A DNA stretch of 64,000 bases from the IMG/VR virus record IMGVR_UViG_3300028596_000001; one strand, 5' to 3'. Source of the DNA: a virus (Duplodnaviria > Caudoviricetes). The translations under genes were made by a program, and so were the position numbers. This document shows positions 1 to 7,764 of this stretch, one piece after another (position 1 is the stretch's first letter; each line of letters starts with the position of its first letter). The notes under the pieces are model-generated. The model was not told where the DNA came from. It made no database searches and saw nothing but the letters and a program-made list of their open reading frames with translations.

Positions 1-177
1 ACGACGGATTACAAACTTGCTGTTGGGCTTGGTAACTGGAGCGCCAGAAAAGAACGGACCGCAGCGAGGAACGAAGACACGACGGTCATTATCACCGGAG
101 GTTTTGATGACTTCTCCGATGATCCTGCAATCGATTCGCTCCTGGAATGGGTTCCATGGATAAGTGGGGTTAGCCAT
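1..177 (-). CDS. Virion structural protein (tail/baseplate-associated family of phiKZ-like phages), N-terminal 59 aa only; runs off the left edge
   Basis: Not in the ORF track; read by hand: ATG at 177 after an AGGAG SD (190-186), MANPTYPWNPFQERIDCRIIGEVIKTSGDNDRRVFVPRCGPFF. The YP..P....N/R.I..E......R.FVP..GPFF pattern is typical of N-termini of phiKZ-like tail proteins. Confidence 0.7.
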   Translation of the reverse strand, partial: MANPTYPWNPFQERIDCRIIGEVIKTSGDNDRRVFVPRCGPFFSGAPVTKPNSKFVIRR

Positions 178-248
178 CAATAATGCTCCTGTTAAGAATT
201 ACTAGGGCTGAAGGCATTTTATGACCTGCCCCTTACAGTGAAGCTGAG

Positions 249-266
249 GGCTATAAGCTTATAGCC
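249..266. promoter_or_regulatory. Perfect 18-bp palindrome GGCTATAAGCTTATAGCC in a divergent intergenic region
   Basis: Seen directly; lies between the divergent starts at 177 (-) and 306 (+). Function is inferred. Confidence 0.5.
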
Positions 267-305
267 TTAGCATTTTTCATAGAATCCAAAGGAGTTGCAC
301 CCCCT

Positions 306-1544
306 ATGTATACTTACGACAGGGCTGTTGGCATTAGCCGACGTTCTCCTAAAGGTGAAGAACTTCTGGATATTGCAGCTGTTCCGTGCAATACCCTGTT
401 TACTGAATATAGTCGTTTGATTATCGTTGTGGATGACAGTATCGCCCAGCGTAAGGTCTCTGTAGACCTCCAGTACTACTACGTCGAATTGGGCTCCTAC
501 ACTGGGACTATCCAGGAGTGGTTGAATACCAAGACCAACGTAGTACTGCGCACCAGCAATACCCTGCCAGGTGATCGGTATCGTTTCGTTACCACCCACG
601 ACATTCAGTATGAGAACTTTAGCCTTTTGCCTGGTAGTGTTGTCCAAGGTGACGACCGCCAAGACCTGCTGACTACTTCCGATGCGCCCGACATCCGTAT
701 AGTCAAGACCGACGGTAGTGACGTTGATTACGACGCACTAGTCCAGCGTTGCCTGTGGGTTATCAACGGTCACTTGACTCGCGCTATCCCTGGTAACAAA
801 TGTCTGTTCCTGCGTAACGCCGGTAAACACTTTAACGTGTATGACAACATCCACGTTAACGCGCTGAACTTTAATACGGTCAGCAAACTGAATACCTATC
901 CCATTGATCTGGACGATATCAAGTTCGAACTGGTTAATGGTGTGCCGTATCTGCATGTCAAATCTAAAGTACCTCTGCAGGGTAAAACCACATGGATGTC
1001 TATTGGTGGTCGATTGTACCTGGATGACGTTGTGCAGTATCGCGGTAACGACAGCTTTGCTATCCAGATCAATAAGGTAGACTGGTTCACAGCTATCTTC
1101 GACTCCAAGCAATTGATTGACTTGAGCTCGGTTATCGACAGAGACCGCATGGTGGTTGATAAGGACTTCTTCAAAACCGAAGAGTTCTTTACCAACTTGC
1201 TTACCGATCTGTCGTCGTTCTTAATTGTACTCGACAACCCTCACCTGGATGTTAGTCTCGTCCCCATGACTAACTATCTGTATCCATTCACCTACCATAC
1301 GGAAGAAACTCGTCGTCTGCCGATCTTGACAGGCAACGGGCTACTACCGAAGTACTTTACGCGCAGGATTGTAAACAGGAGACTTCTTGATATTGATATC
1401 GGTGTGCAAAGACTGTACGTAAACAACACAACTGGAATCCGCAACGAAGGGAATCTCTTCCATGGATTCAAGAGCAAGTACGCGCCAAGTAAACTCCATC
1501 CGGGGTACTTACTTTATATCCGTGGCATCATTCAAGGGGACTAG
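306..1544 (+). CDS. Conserved jumbo-phage protein, probably virion structural (412 aa)
   Basis: Long ORF with normal codon usage, beta-rich composition, next to structural genes; no catalytic motif recognised. Confidence 0.6.
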   Translation: MYTYDRAVGISRRSPKGEELLDIAAVPCNTLFTEYSRLIIVVDDSIAQRKVSVDLQYYYVELGSYTGTIQEWLNTKTNVVLRTSNTLPGDRYRFVTTHDIQYENFSLLPGSVVQGDDRQDLLTTSDAPDIRIVKTDGSDVDYDALVQRCLWVINGHLTRAIPGNKCLFLRNAGKHFNVYDNIHVNALNFNTVSKLNTYPIDLDDIKFELVNGVPYLHVKSKVPLQGKTTWMSIGGRLYLDDVVQYRGNDSFAIQINKVDWFTAIFDSKQLIDLSSVIDRDRMVVDKDFFKTEEFFTNLLTDLSSFLIVLDNPHLDVSLVPMTNYLYPFTYHTEETRRLPILTGNGLLPKYFTRRIVNRRLLDIDIGVQRLYVNNTTGIRNEGNLFHGFKSKYAPSKLHPGYLLYIRGIIQGD

Positions 1545-1547
1545 TCC

Positions 1548-2105
1548 ATGGGACAAGCTATTAAGGCTTGGGTACTCCTAGATCGACTGAGAGCGATTGT
1601 GACATTGATCGCAGTCGTTATCGGAGCAGGCTTGATCATCTGGCAGTTCGTATCACCACGACCGGTGAAGCTGGATCCTGAAGCACTGAACTCGATCAAG
1701 GAAGCCACCGAACAGATCCGTCGTGCTGCACAGGGCACCGAACAAGTTGTCAAAGACAACGCCCTGTTCAAATCCACGATACAGGATCAAATTAAAAACC
1801 AGACAAAGTTGCGAGACGCAAACTATGACCTACTCTTTGAGGAGTTTGGTGTCGACCCTCTACCGAAGTCTCTTGGGCTTGGTGGCTTTGGCGGCACTGA
1901 TGGCATGCAGCCACAACCCGACCATCTCGGAGGGTTCCATGTACCTCCAGATCCAGGCGGACCAAGTGGCGTACAGCGCCTACGCGACCCAATTGCAGAT
2001 CAACCAAAAGCAGCTGACCGAAGTACTCCCGGAGTTCCAGGAGGTAACTCCCATCCCCCCTCAGAGCAGGGTGAACGACCTGGCGGCGTGGCTGGAGCAA
2101 AATAA
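1548..2105 (+). CDS. Rz: Inner-membrane spanin (i-spanin, Rz-like)
   Basis: One N-terminal TM helix (AIVTLIAVVIGAGLIIWQFV), then a coiled-coil-like periplasmic segment; overlapped in the +1 frame by a lipoprotein gene. Confidence 0.75.
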   Translation: MGQAIKAWVLLDRLRAIVTLIAVVIGAGLIIWQFVSPRPVKLDPEALNSIKEATEQIRRAAQGTEQVVKDNALFKSTIQDQIKNQTKLRDANYDLLFEEFGVDPLPKSLGLGGFGGTDGMQPQPDHLGGFHVPPDPGGPSGVQRLRDPIADQPKAADRSTPGVPGGNSHPPSEQGERPGGVAGAK

Positions 2106-2310
2106 CTGCCTGCTGCCTAACCTTTCACCCACCGAAAGGGTTCATTGTTATCAAGTCACGCGGGTCTTCTTGATTCAAACGACCAAGCAACTTGATGAAC
2201 AAGACATGACGTTGTGGGCTGCGAAGAAAACTATCAAGCAGCTGATCGAAAACATGAACAAGATCATCGACATGGCTCCGAGCCCTGCGAATGAACTTAA
2301 ACCTCCCTAA
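1825..2310 (+). CDS. Rz1: Outer-membrane lipoprotein spanin (o-spanin, Rz1-like), about 161 aa
   Basis: From ATG 1825 (or GTG 1849 behind AGGAG): signal peptide with lipobox LLGLVALAALMA-C; starts inside the Rz-like gene in the +1 frame and extends beyond it. Confidence 0.75.
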   Translation: MTYSLRSLVSTLYRSLLGLVALAALMACSHNPTISEGSMYLQIQADQVAYSAYATQLQINQKQLTEVLPEFQEVTPIPPQSRVNDLAAWLEQNNCLLPNLSPTERVHCYQVTRVFLIQTTKQLDEQDMTLWAAKKTIKQLIENMNKIIDMAPSPANELKPP

Positions 2311-2343
2311 GTTAGTCCCCCAAAGCAGCATAAAACAACTATA

Positions 2344-2376
2344 CCCTCCAGGAGCCTTTACAGGGCTCCTGGAGGG
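2344..2376. terminator. 13-bp hairpin between convergent spanin and holin-like genes
   Basis: CCCTCCAGGAGCC-7 nt loop-GGCTCCTGGAGGG. Confidence 0.7.
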
Positions 2377-2403
2377 GTTATAGCTGCTTATTGGTGTAAC
2401 GCA

Positions 2404-2820
2404 CTACTGTTGCTGCGGATCGTTACCAGGCGTATCGTTACCCCCTTTGTTGGGGGATCTGATAAAGTCTGCTGCACGGTTCCGCAAACGATCGGTGAGA
2501 TCGGTACCTTGCATGATCGTGGAGATGGTCTTGTTGGCGTTAACCCAAGTCCATGCCACTACTACCAGGCCGATGTTAGTCAGCATGATAGTGATCTCAC
2601 TTGGCCAGATACCTTTATCAGATACCGACAAGTGCGTGGTATAGGCGTTGATCACCGAAGTAATGCACATGGTGATGATCGCCAACATACCGCCTAAGTT
2701 ACGAAGAATGATCGTCCACTTGCCGAACAGCTCCCTTTCGATTTCTGCGCCGGCGGCGACGGGAAGATTTGACTGGGGCTGGTCGGACGGGAGGAGCTCT
2801 TCTTGGGGCGAGTCCTTCAT
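2404..2820 (-). CDS. Two-TM membrane protein, candidate holin (138 aa)
   Basis: ATG 2820 with GAGGT SD; hydrophobic segments LGGMLAIITMCITSVINAY and ITIMLTNIGLVVVAWTWV, acidic N-terminus, charged C-terminus; adjacent to the spanin pair. Confidence 0.5.
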   Translation of the reverse strand: MKDSPQEELLPSDQPQSNLPVAAGAEIERELFGKWTIILRNLGGMLAIITMCITSVINAYTTHLSVSDKGIWPSEITIMLTNIGLVVVAWTWVNANKTISTIMQGTDLTDRLRNRAADFIRSPNKGGNDTPGNDPQQQ

Positions 2821-3439
2821 GGAACACCTCAAATTGTTTGCCGATGATTTCGCAACGGAACAAAGCCACGGCAGTTGCGTCGATGGAGTGCTCATCAAGA
2901 AGGTTTAAATCACAATCCCCCGCATCAAGCCAAGCATATTCCAATACGCCTGCTTTTACATCTTCTTTCTGGGTGCCCTTGAAAGCCGCACCCACCACTT
3001 CCTTAGCCAGCATAGGCAGGACATAAGACAAGTGTACTTCATTATCAGTAAACTGTTCCTGCACCATTGACACAAACTGAATCAACTGTTTAAACGTACC
3101 AGGGGAAACCCCGAGGAAGTTGTCTTCACAGATGCCAGTCATAGAACGTGAAATGATCTTTACTTCATCCCAGTCAGTCGAGTAGATACGCAGCAGGTTA
3201 CCCAGTGCGCGGGCCAAAGCCCAGCTACGAGCCAATACACCAGTCTCGTGTGTGTCGTCAAACTGTACCGGGATGTCGTACAGACACCGATCGCCTTTAA
3301 TGGTGTTAGCGTACACCAACTTGAATGGGGTCTGTTGCGTCAAATCAACATCAATGATGCACACCCCCATATTCGTGGTGGAAGGGTCGATGCCGACGAC
3401 CCTTATCACATGAGGGACTTTTACGAAGTCCTTAAGCAT
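2699..3439 (-). CDS. ruvC: RuvC-like Holliday junction resolvase
   Basis: RNase H-fold catalytic motifs VVGIDPSTTNMG, GICED and EHSIDATAVA. Confidence 0.88.
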   Translation of the reverse strand: MLKDFVKVPHVIRVVGIDPSTTNMGVCIIDVDLTQQTPFKLVYANTIKGDRCLYDIPVQFDDTHETGVLARSWALARALGNLLRIYSTDWDEVKIISRSMTGICEDNFLGVSPGTFKQLIQFVSMVQEQFTDNEVHLSYVLPMLAKEVVGAAFKGTQKEDVKAGVLEYAWLDAGDCDLNLLDEHSIDATAVALFRCEIIGKQFEVFHEGLAPRRAPPVRPAPVKSSRRRRRRNRKGAVRQVDDHSS

Positions 3440-4053
3440 ATGAATCCTTGCGTTTCACCCTCGTGCAATTTCACGATCACTACATAGGGTGAGTAATCCA
3501 ATAAAAATTCATCGGGCGCATCGATACTCCAACCCTTGAACACTACCTCGAAACCTGCCGTGGACAACAGACCAAACGTACCGGCCATCCAGCGACCCAG
3601 GTAGTTGTAGTTGTTCAACAACGTAGCGAGGCGATAGTTGACATCGTTCACTACGTTGTAGGTTGGCACCGGGATACCAACAGGCACGTCATTGAGGAAG
3701 TCCAGCTCTTCTTTCAGATCGATCACGAGCGGTGTACCCAGGAACGGGGTGTACTCACGTGGACCGAAAGGATTGTTAAGCGTGACCCGAGGGGCTGGCG
3801 CTACGCTGGACATCATGTTGACAAAGGTCATCAACACGTTGCCGCCTTCCTTGCTGATCAGTTCCAGTTTGATCTTGCCATCTGGACCGACGTAAGCTTG
3901 GGAGTCAGCGTAGTTTTCAGATGCCAGAGGGGACATGGGTAGATACATGTTGTTGATCATACCCAGGGCATCTGGCATGAGCATCCCCTCGGCAAGCGGG
4001 AGGTGCACGGTGTTGGTACCGAGGTTATCGGCCAAAGCTGCTAACACATCCAT
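3421..4053 (-). CDS. Hypothetical protein, probably virion-associated (210 aa)
   Basis: Co-directional ORF in the baseplate-RuvC operon; SD GGAA/AAGA region after the preceding stop. Confidence 0.6.
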   Translation of the reverse strand: MDVLAALADNLGTNTVHLPLAEGMLMPDALGMINNMYLPMSPLASENYADSQAYVGPDGKIKLELISKEGGNVLMTFVNMMSSVAPAPRVTLNNPFGPREYTPFLGTPLVIDLKEELDFLNDVPVGIPVPTYNVVNDVNYRLATLLNNYNYLGRWMAGTFGLLSTAGFEVVFKGWSIDAPDEFLLDYSPYVVIVKLHEGETQGFICLRTS

Positions 4054-4056
4054 GTC

Positions 4057-5004
4057 TTAGTTCCCCTGGCTACCTGCGCTACCGCTGGCGTTGGTGTGCA
4101 GCAGCATTGGTTCGCTGGCACCGTGATCGTAGTCCATGTTCAACGTGGTGTTGTTCAGGGCGTTACGCGCATCACGCTCGGTGAGGAAGTGAGCAGCTAC
4201 AGCACTCAGTACCTCGTTGTAACGGATCACAGCACCGCCACCAGAGGCGCCGTCGGTAACGGTGTCGATACCCCAGGCAATCATGGTTTCGTTGATTGCA
4301 GCGTAGCTGGCGTCGTTGTACAGTACACGGCAGGCGTTAGCCAGTTCCTGGAGGTCACCTTCGTGCAGGGTGCAACCCAGGATAGCCGAGGAGTTGATGT
4401 ACACGTTGCTGACCGGCACGCTACCTACCGAAGTGAAATCAACGGGCTGTGGGTTGAACAGGTCGTCGCGGCTAGGCACCAGAGGCACCGGCAGCTCGTT
4501 ACCATTCTCGTCACGTGTGACTTTGTTCACTTGTGGGTTGTAGTTGTCGAAGTTGATCAGCTTCAGGTAGTAGAAGGCATAGGAATTACCGTCGTAACCG
4601 TTCTGCACCACACGCATGCGGTATTTGGCACGGTTGACGTTATCCAGGTCCTCATCGATAGGACGGCAGATGAACGGGATCGCAGTGAACAGGTTCATGT
4701 CGATCGGCTGGTGCTGGTTGATCTTCATGCGGCTAACGCCCATGGAGTCAGAACCGTTGCAGTTGGCGCCACGGATACCCACACCGAAATACTTCAGTTC
4801 GAAGTCGCCACCGTTCTTCGGACCGATCGATTCCTCAGCGAGAATGTTGTAACGCTCGTTGAGGGTGGTGTACTTGGGAAGCGTGAAAGGCTGGCGCGTG
4901 GCGCAGCACTTCATGATAGTGTTGCCCCAACCAGTGTTCGTCGTTGTCTGGGTAGGAACTTCCGAACGGTTCTGGTCTTGGATTTCTGTTGCGGACAAAG
5001 CCAT
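4057..5004 (-). CDS. Conserved virion structural (baseplate) protein, 315 aa
   Basis: Strong AAGGA SD, highly biased codon usage, downstream of the large baseplate gene; resembles the conserved ~300-aa phiKZ-like structural protein by position. Confidence 0.6.
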   Translation of the reverse strand: MALSATEIQDQNRSEVPTQTTTNTGWGNTIMKCCATRQPFTLPKYTTLNERYNILAEESIGPKNGGDFELKYFGVGIRGANCNGSDSMGVSRMKINQHQPIDMNLFTAIPFICRPIDEDLDNVNRAKYRMRVVQNGYDGNSYAFYYLKLINFDNYNPQVNKVTRDENGNELPVPLVPSRDDLFNPQPVDFTSVGSVPVSNVYINSSAILGCTLHEGDLQELANACRVLYNDASYAAINETMIAWGIDTVTDGASGGGAVIRYNEVLSAVAAHFLTERDARNALNNTTLNMDYDHGASEPMLLHTNASGSAGSQGN

Positions 5005-5016
5005 GGGGGTAATTCC

Positions 5017-5430
5017 TTATAGACGAATAAGCTGGAAGCTTGTCGATTTAAAGCGCATAGAATCTGCGGCTATGACTACACAAAGGTGTTCTTTTTCCGG
5101 CACCAGGTAAGCAATGTCTTCTTCTACCAGACTGTGGCCAGTGTGGCGATTAATCCAATTGGAGATCATCGCCTTACTGTGGTTCACGTCGAAGTCGTTA
5201 CGATACTGCTTGGGAATAGACAAAGACTTCATCCTGCTAAACCCAGACAGATCGACTTTCTCCAGTTCGTAGTAGAGCGCTTCTTGCCCAGGGTGCTGGA
5301 TTAGGAAGACCGCATTACCTTTAGCGTTGGTAGAAACGTGTTGAAAGGTGATCTCGTTGATCACCCGAGGGTCTTTAATGAACAGACCCTCACAGTACTT
5401 CTTCTTAATTAAGGCCAGGACCTTGTTCAT
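5017..5430 (-). CDS. Small structural protein with jumbo-phage tail-associated repeat domain (137 aa)
   Basis: ATGA overlap with the upstream gene; pattern KVDL...WINRHTGHSLVEEDI...IAADSMRF. Confidence 0.55.
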   Translation of the reverse strand: MNKVLALIKKKYCEGLFIKDPRVINEITFQHVSTNAKGNAVFLIQHPGQEALYYELEKVDLSGFSRMKSLSIPKQYRNDFDVNHSKAMISNWINRHTGHSLVEEDIAYLVPEKEHLCVVIAADSMRFKSTSFQLIRL

Positions 5431-7739
5431 TTAGCGTTCAGGACCTCGTAGTCAGTTGGTGGTACCTCGACCCAGTTAGGCTTTTCACCCAGCTTGCCGT
5501 AGTAGGTATCAGGTATCTCGAGCCACTTGGGCTTGGTGGTCAGATCCCCGTAGTACGTATCCGGGATAATCAGCATCTTCGGATTGCTACCGAGTTCGCC
5601 GTAGTAGGTATCTGGGATAATGAACTCGTTAGGCTCATCGTCCCCTACTTTGCGGAAGTAGGAGTTATCCGTCATCCGAACAGCGTAGTACCACGGTTTG
5701 TCCACACGGTTAACCGGCTTGATGTGACCACGATCGGCTAGCGTTTGCTTTGCCGACATATCCGCCACGATAGCCGGTCTGTTAGGCGTGTAGACCTTGA
5801 GCACTGACTCCAAGTTACGAATGCCGTCCATGTTGCTTTGGACGTTGAGCATCACGTTCTCGAAGTTACCCACCAGCTTGTTACCAGGACCAGTCCACCT
5901 GCTATCTCCTACAAACGTCTCGTTGAGCATTTCGGTAACCGACACGTCATCGTCCATTTCTTTAATGACGTGAATGGTGTACGAACTCAGACGGGTCATG
6001 ATCTCGATCAGATCGTTTTGCTTAACCCGCATGTTAGGTTGGATATTGGTATCCCAGCCAGTTACTCGTTTGAAGATGTCCCAGGCAAAAGACTTACACT
6101 CAGCGGCAGTATAGTCGGAGAAGTCGAAGTTGTAGTCTTTCAACAACTGTTGGTAATTGGTGTATTCACCAACCTTGACGATCCCTGACTCGTACACTAC
6201 CTTAGTCGCGTTCTTTACCCGAGCCCGTTTGTTGAGGTCGTAGAACTGACTGTAGAGTTTCTTGTGCTTCCACATCGCCTCGTAAACTTCGAAGGCGTAT
6301 TGGATCAGGTAATCAGGGGCCACAAAGTTAGCCACTGGGAACCAGATATCCCGGATGTCGAAAGCCAAGTACGATGGATAAATGAAGTCCTTACCGCCTA
6401 CATGAACGATCTCAGCAACTGTAGGTGGCTTGATGCGCATCACGTTCTGGTAATAGACCGGGCAGATGTCTACCGGGCTCTTACCGTTACTGTAATCGAC
6501 CAGGTACTTCCAGATGTGGTAAGCATCCGTAACAGGCAGACGTACTTGTCGGCCGGTCTTAGGGTCGTTAACGATTACACGACCTTGGAACTTGTTGTTA
6601 CTCGCCAGGTAGATCCACTCGTTGTACACCACCGACATCAGGGTATCTGCGTGACGGTTGGTGTAGTCGCGCATACTCGACTCGAGGGCTTTGGTAGGCA
6701 GCTCCGAGTGGATACTGTTCTTACCGCGCTCTAGGGCGTCTTCCTGGTAGATCGACGTCTGCTTGTAGTTGTCCTTCGCCAGCGGCTGCTGCTTCATGAT
6801 CAACTGTTCGGTGTTGATATACGCTGGTTCCCGCCCGTAGTCCTCGATGAGGTTCAGGTGGAGCTTGCGGTACAACGGGGTAGGGGTCAGGTCGTCGAGC
6901 TGAGTAGCTGTACCTTCTACCATGTCATACTTAGCCAATGGGATATTCGCTACGGTGAGCAAGTTCTCCATCAGCTTATCAAAGGTGAACATCTGGCCTG
7001 GGTTGTTCTTAATCCAAGCGATGTTCCGGAACAGCCACATTACCTGATGACGATTCAGGCTGTTCTTGTACTTGGAGAAATCCCCGTAGGAATCAATGTG
7101 GCTCCAAATATAGAAATCGTGGCTATGGCGGGTGTACATGTGTTCTATGCGGATGGTGTGGATCGCCTTGATGATATCCGCGTACAGCAGGCGCACCATT
7201 GTAGGTAGGAACAGGTCATCAGTGTAGATGTACTCACTGGTGAGGATCTGGTCCACTTCCGCTTTGATAAAGTTCTGCAACTGAGGGATCAGCTGCGTCT
7301 CGTTCCACATAACCAAATCTTGGTTATAGCGAAGGATCTTATAGTCCTCGGCCTCAATGGTCTCGGTATATGGGATCGGAGAAAGAATGCCACGAATCAA
7401 AGTAGGCTGTGACGGGTACTGCTGGATCAGCCTGCTAAACCAGTAACCCCCCCGAGAATACTCCCGGAAGGTGGCTAAGTGGTAACGAAGGTTTTCTTTG
7501 TTGAAAACAATCTCTTCATCAGTATCCAGTGAGCGGATAACCATCGGGACGTCGGTCTCGTGGTAATCACCGTTCAAGTTCATGTAGTAGCGCCAGGTAC
7601 GCTTGTCTTCACTGACAGGAAGTCCGGCGCGCACTAATGCCTGGTTATATCGCTTAGCCAAGGGCTCAATTTTGATAACCATAGTTCTTGCCAGGGCGAA
7701 TATGTCCCGGAAGAACTTATCTTTATCGGCATTATTCAT
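5427..7739 (-). CDS. Large virion structural protein, probable baseplate wedge component (770 aa)
   Basis: Divergent from the portal as in phiKZ-like phages; aromatic-rich; WKYYxNLxGxYH-type N-terminal motif (WRYYMNLNGDYH); C-terminal tandem repeats. Confidence 0.65.
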   Translation of the reverse strand: MNNADKDKFFRDIFALARTMVIKIEPLAKRYNQALVRAGLPVSEDKRTWRYYMNLNGDYHETDVPMVIRSLDTDEEIVFNKENLRYHLATFREYSRGGYWFSRLIQQYPSQPTLIRGILSPIPYTETIEAEDYKILRYNQDLVMWNETQLIPQLQNFIKAEVDQILTSEYIYTDDLFLPTMVRLLYADIIKAIHTIRIEHMYTRHSHDFYIWSHIDSYGDFSKYKNSLNRHQVMWLFRNIAWIKNNPGQMFTFDKLMENLLTVANIPLAKYDMVEGTATQLDDLTPTPLYRKLHLNLIEDYGREPAYINTEQLIMKQQPLAKDNYKQTSIYQEDALERGKNSIHSELPTKALESSMRDYTNRHADTLMSVVYNEWIYLASNNKFQGRVIVNDPKTGRQVRLPVTDAYHIWKYLVDYSNGKSPVDICPVYYQNVMRIKPPTVAEIVHVGGKDFIYPSYLAFDIRDIWFPVANFVAPDYLIQYAFEVYEAMWKHKKLYSQFYDLNKRARVKNATKVVYESGIVKVGEYTNYQQLLKDYNFDFSDYTAAECKSFAWDIFKRVTGWDTNIQPNMRVKQNDLIEIMTRLSSYTIHVIKEMDDDVSVTEMLNETFVGDSRWTGPGNKLVGNFENVMLNVQSNMDGIRNLESVLKVYTPNRPAIVADMSAKQTLADRGHIKPVNRVDKPWYYAVRMTDNSYFRKVGDDEPNEFIIPDTYYGELGSNPKMLIIPDTYYGDLTTKPKWLEIPDTYYGKLGEKPNWVEVPPTDYEVLNAK
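5450..5625 (-). repeat. About 3.5 degenerate 51-bp (17-aa) tandem repeats IPDTYYGxLxxxPxWxx
   Basis: CCGTAGTA core at 5497, 5548 and 5599, spaced exactly 51 nt apart. Confidence 0.9.
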
Positions 7740-7764
7740 AAGTTAACTCGCTAAAGGATTTCGT

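Noticed and set aside
267-1477. Minus-strand ORFs 267-662, 738-1112, 896-1237, 1292-1477
   Set aside because: Shadows of the 412-aa plus-strand gene.
1723-1824. N-terminal extension of the o-spanin ORF
   Set aside because: It would put the lipoprotein signal too far from the N-terminus; a start at 1825 or 1849 fits.
5450-5625. Regularly spaced repeats as a possible CRISPR array
   Set aside because: Degenerate, in-frame 51-nt protein repeats with no unique spacers or cas genes.
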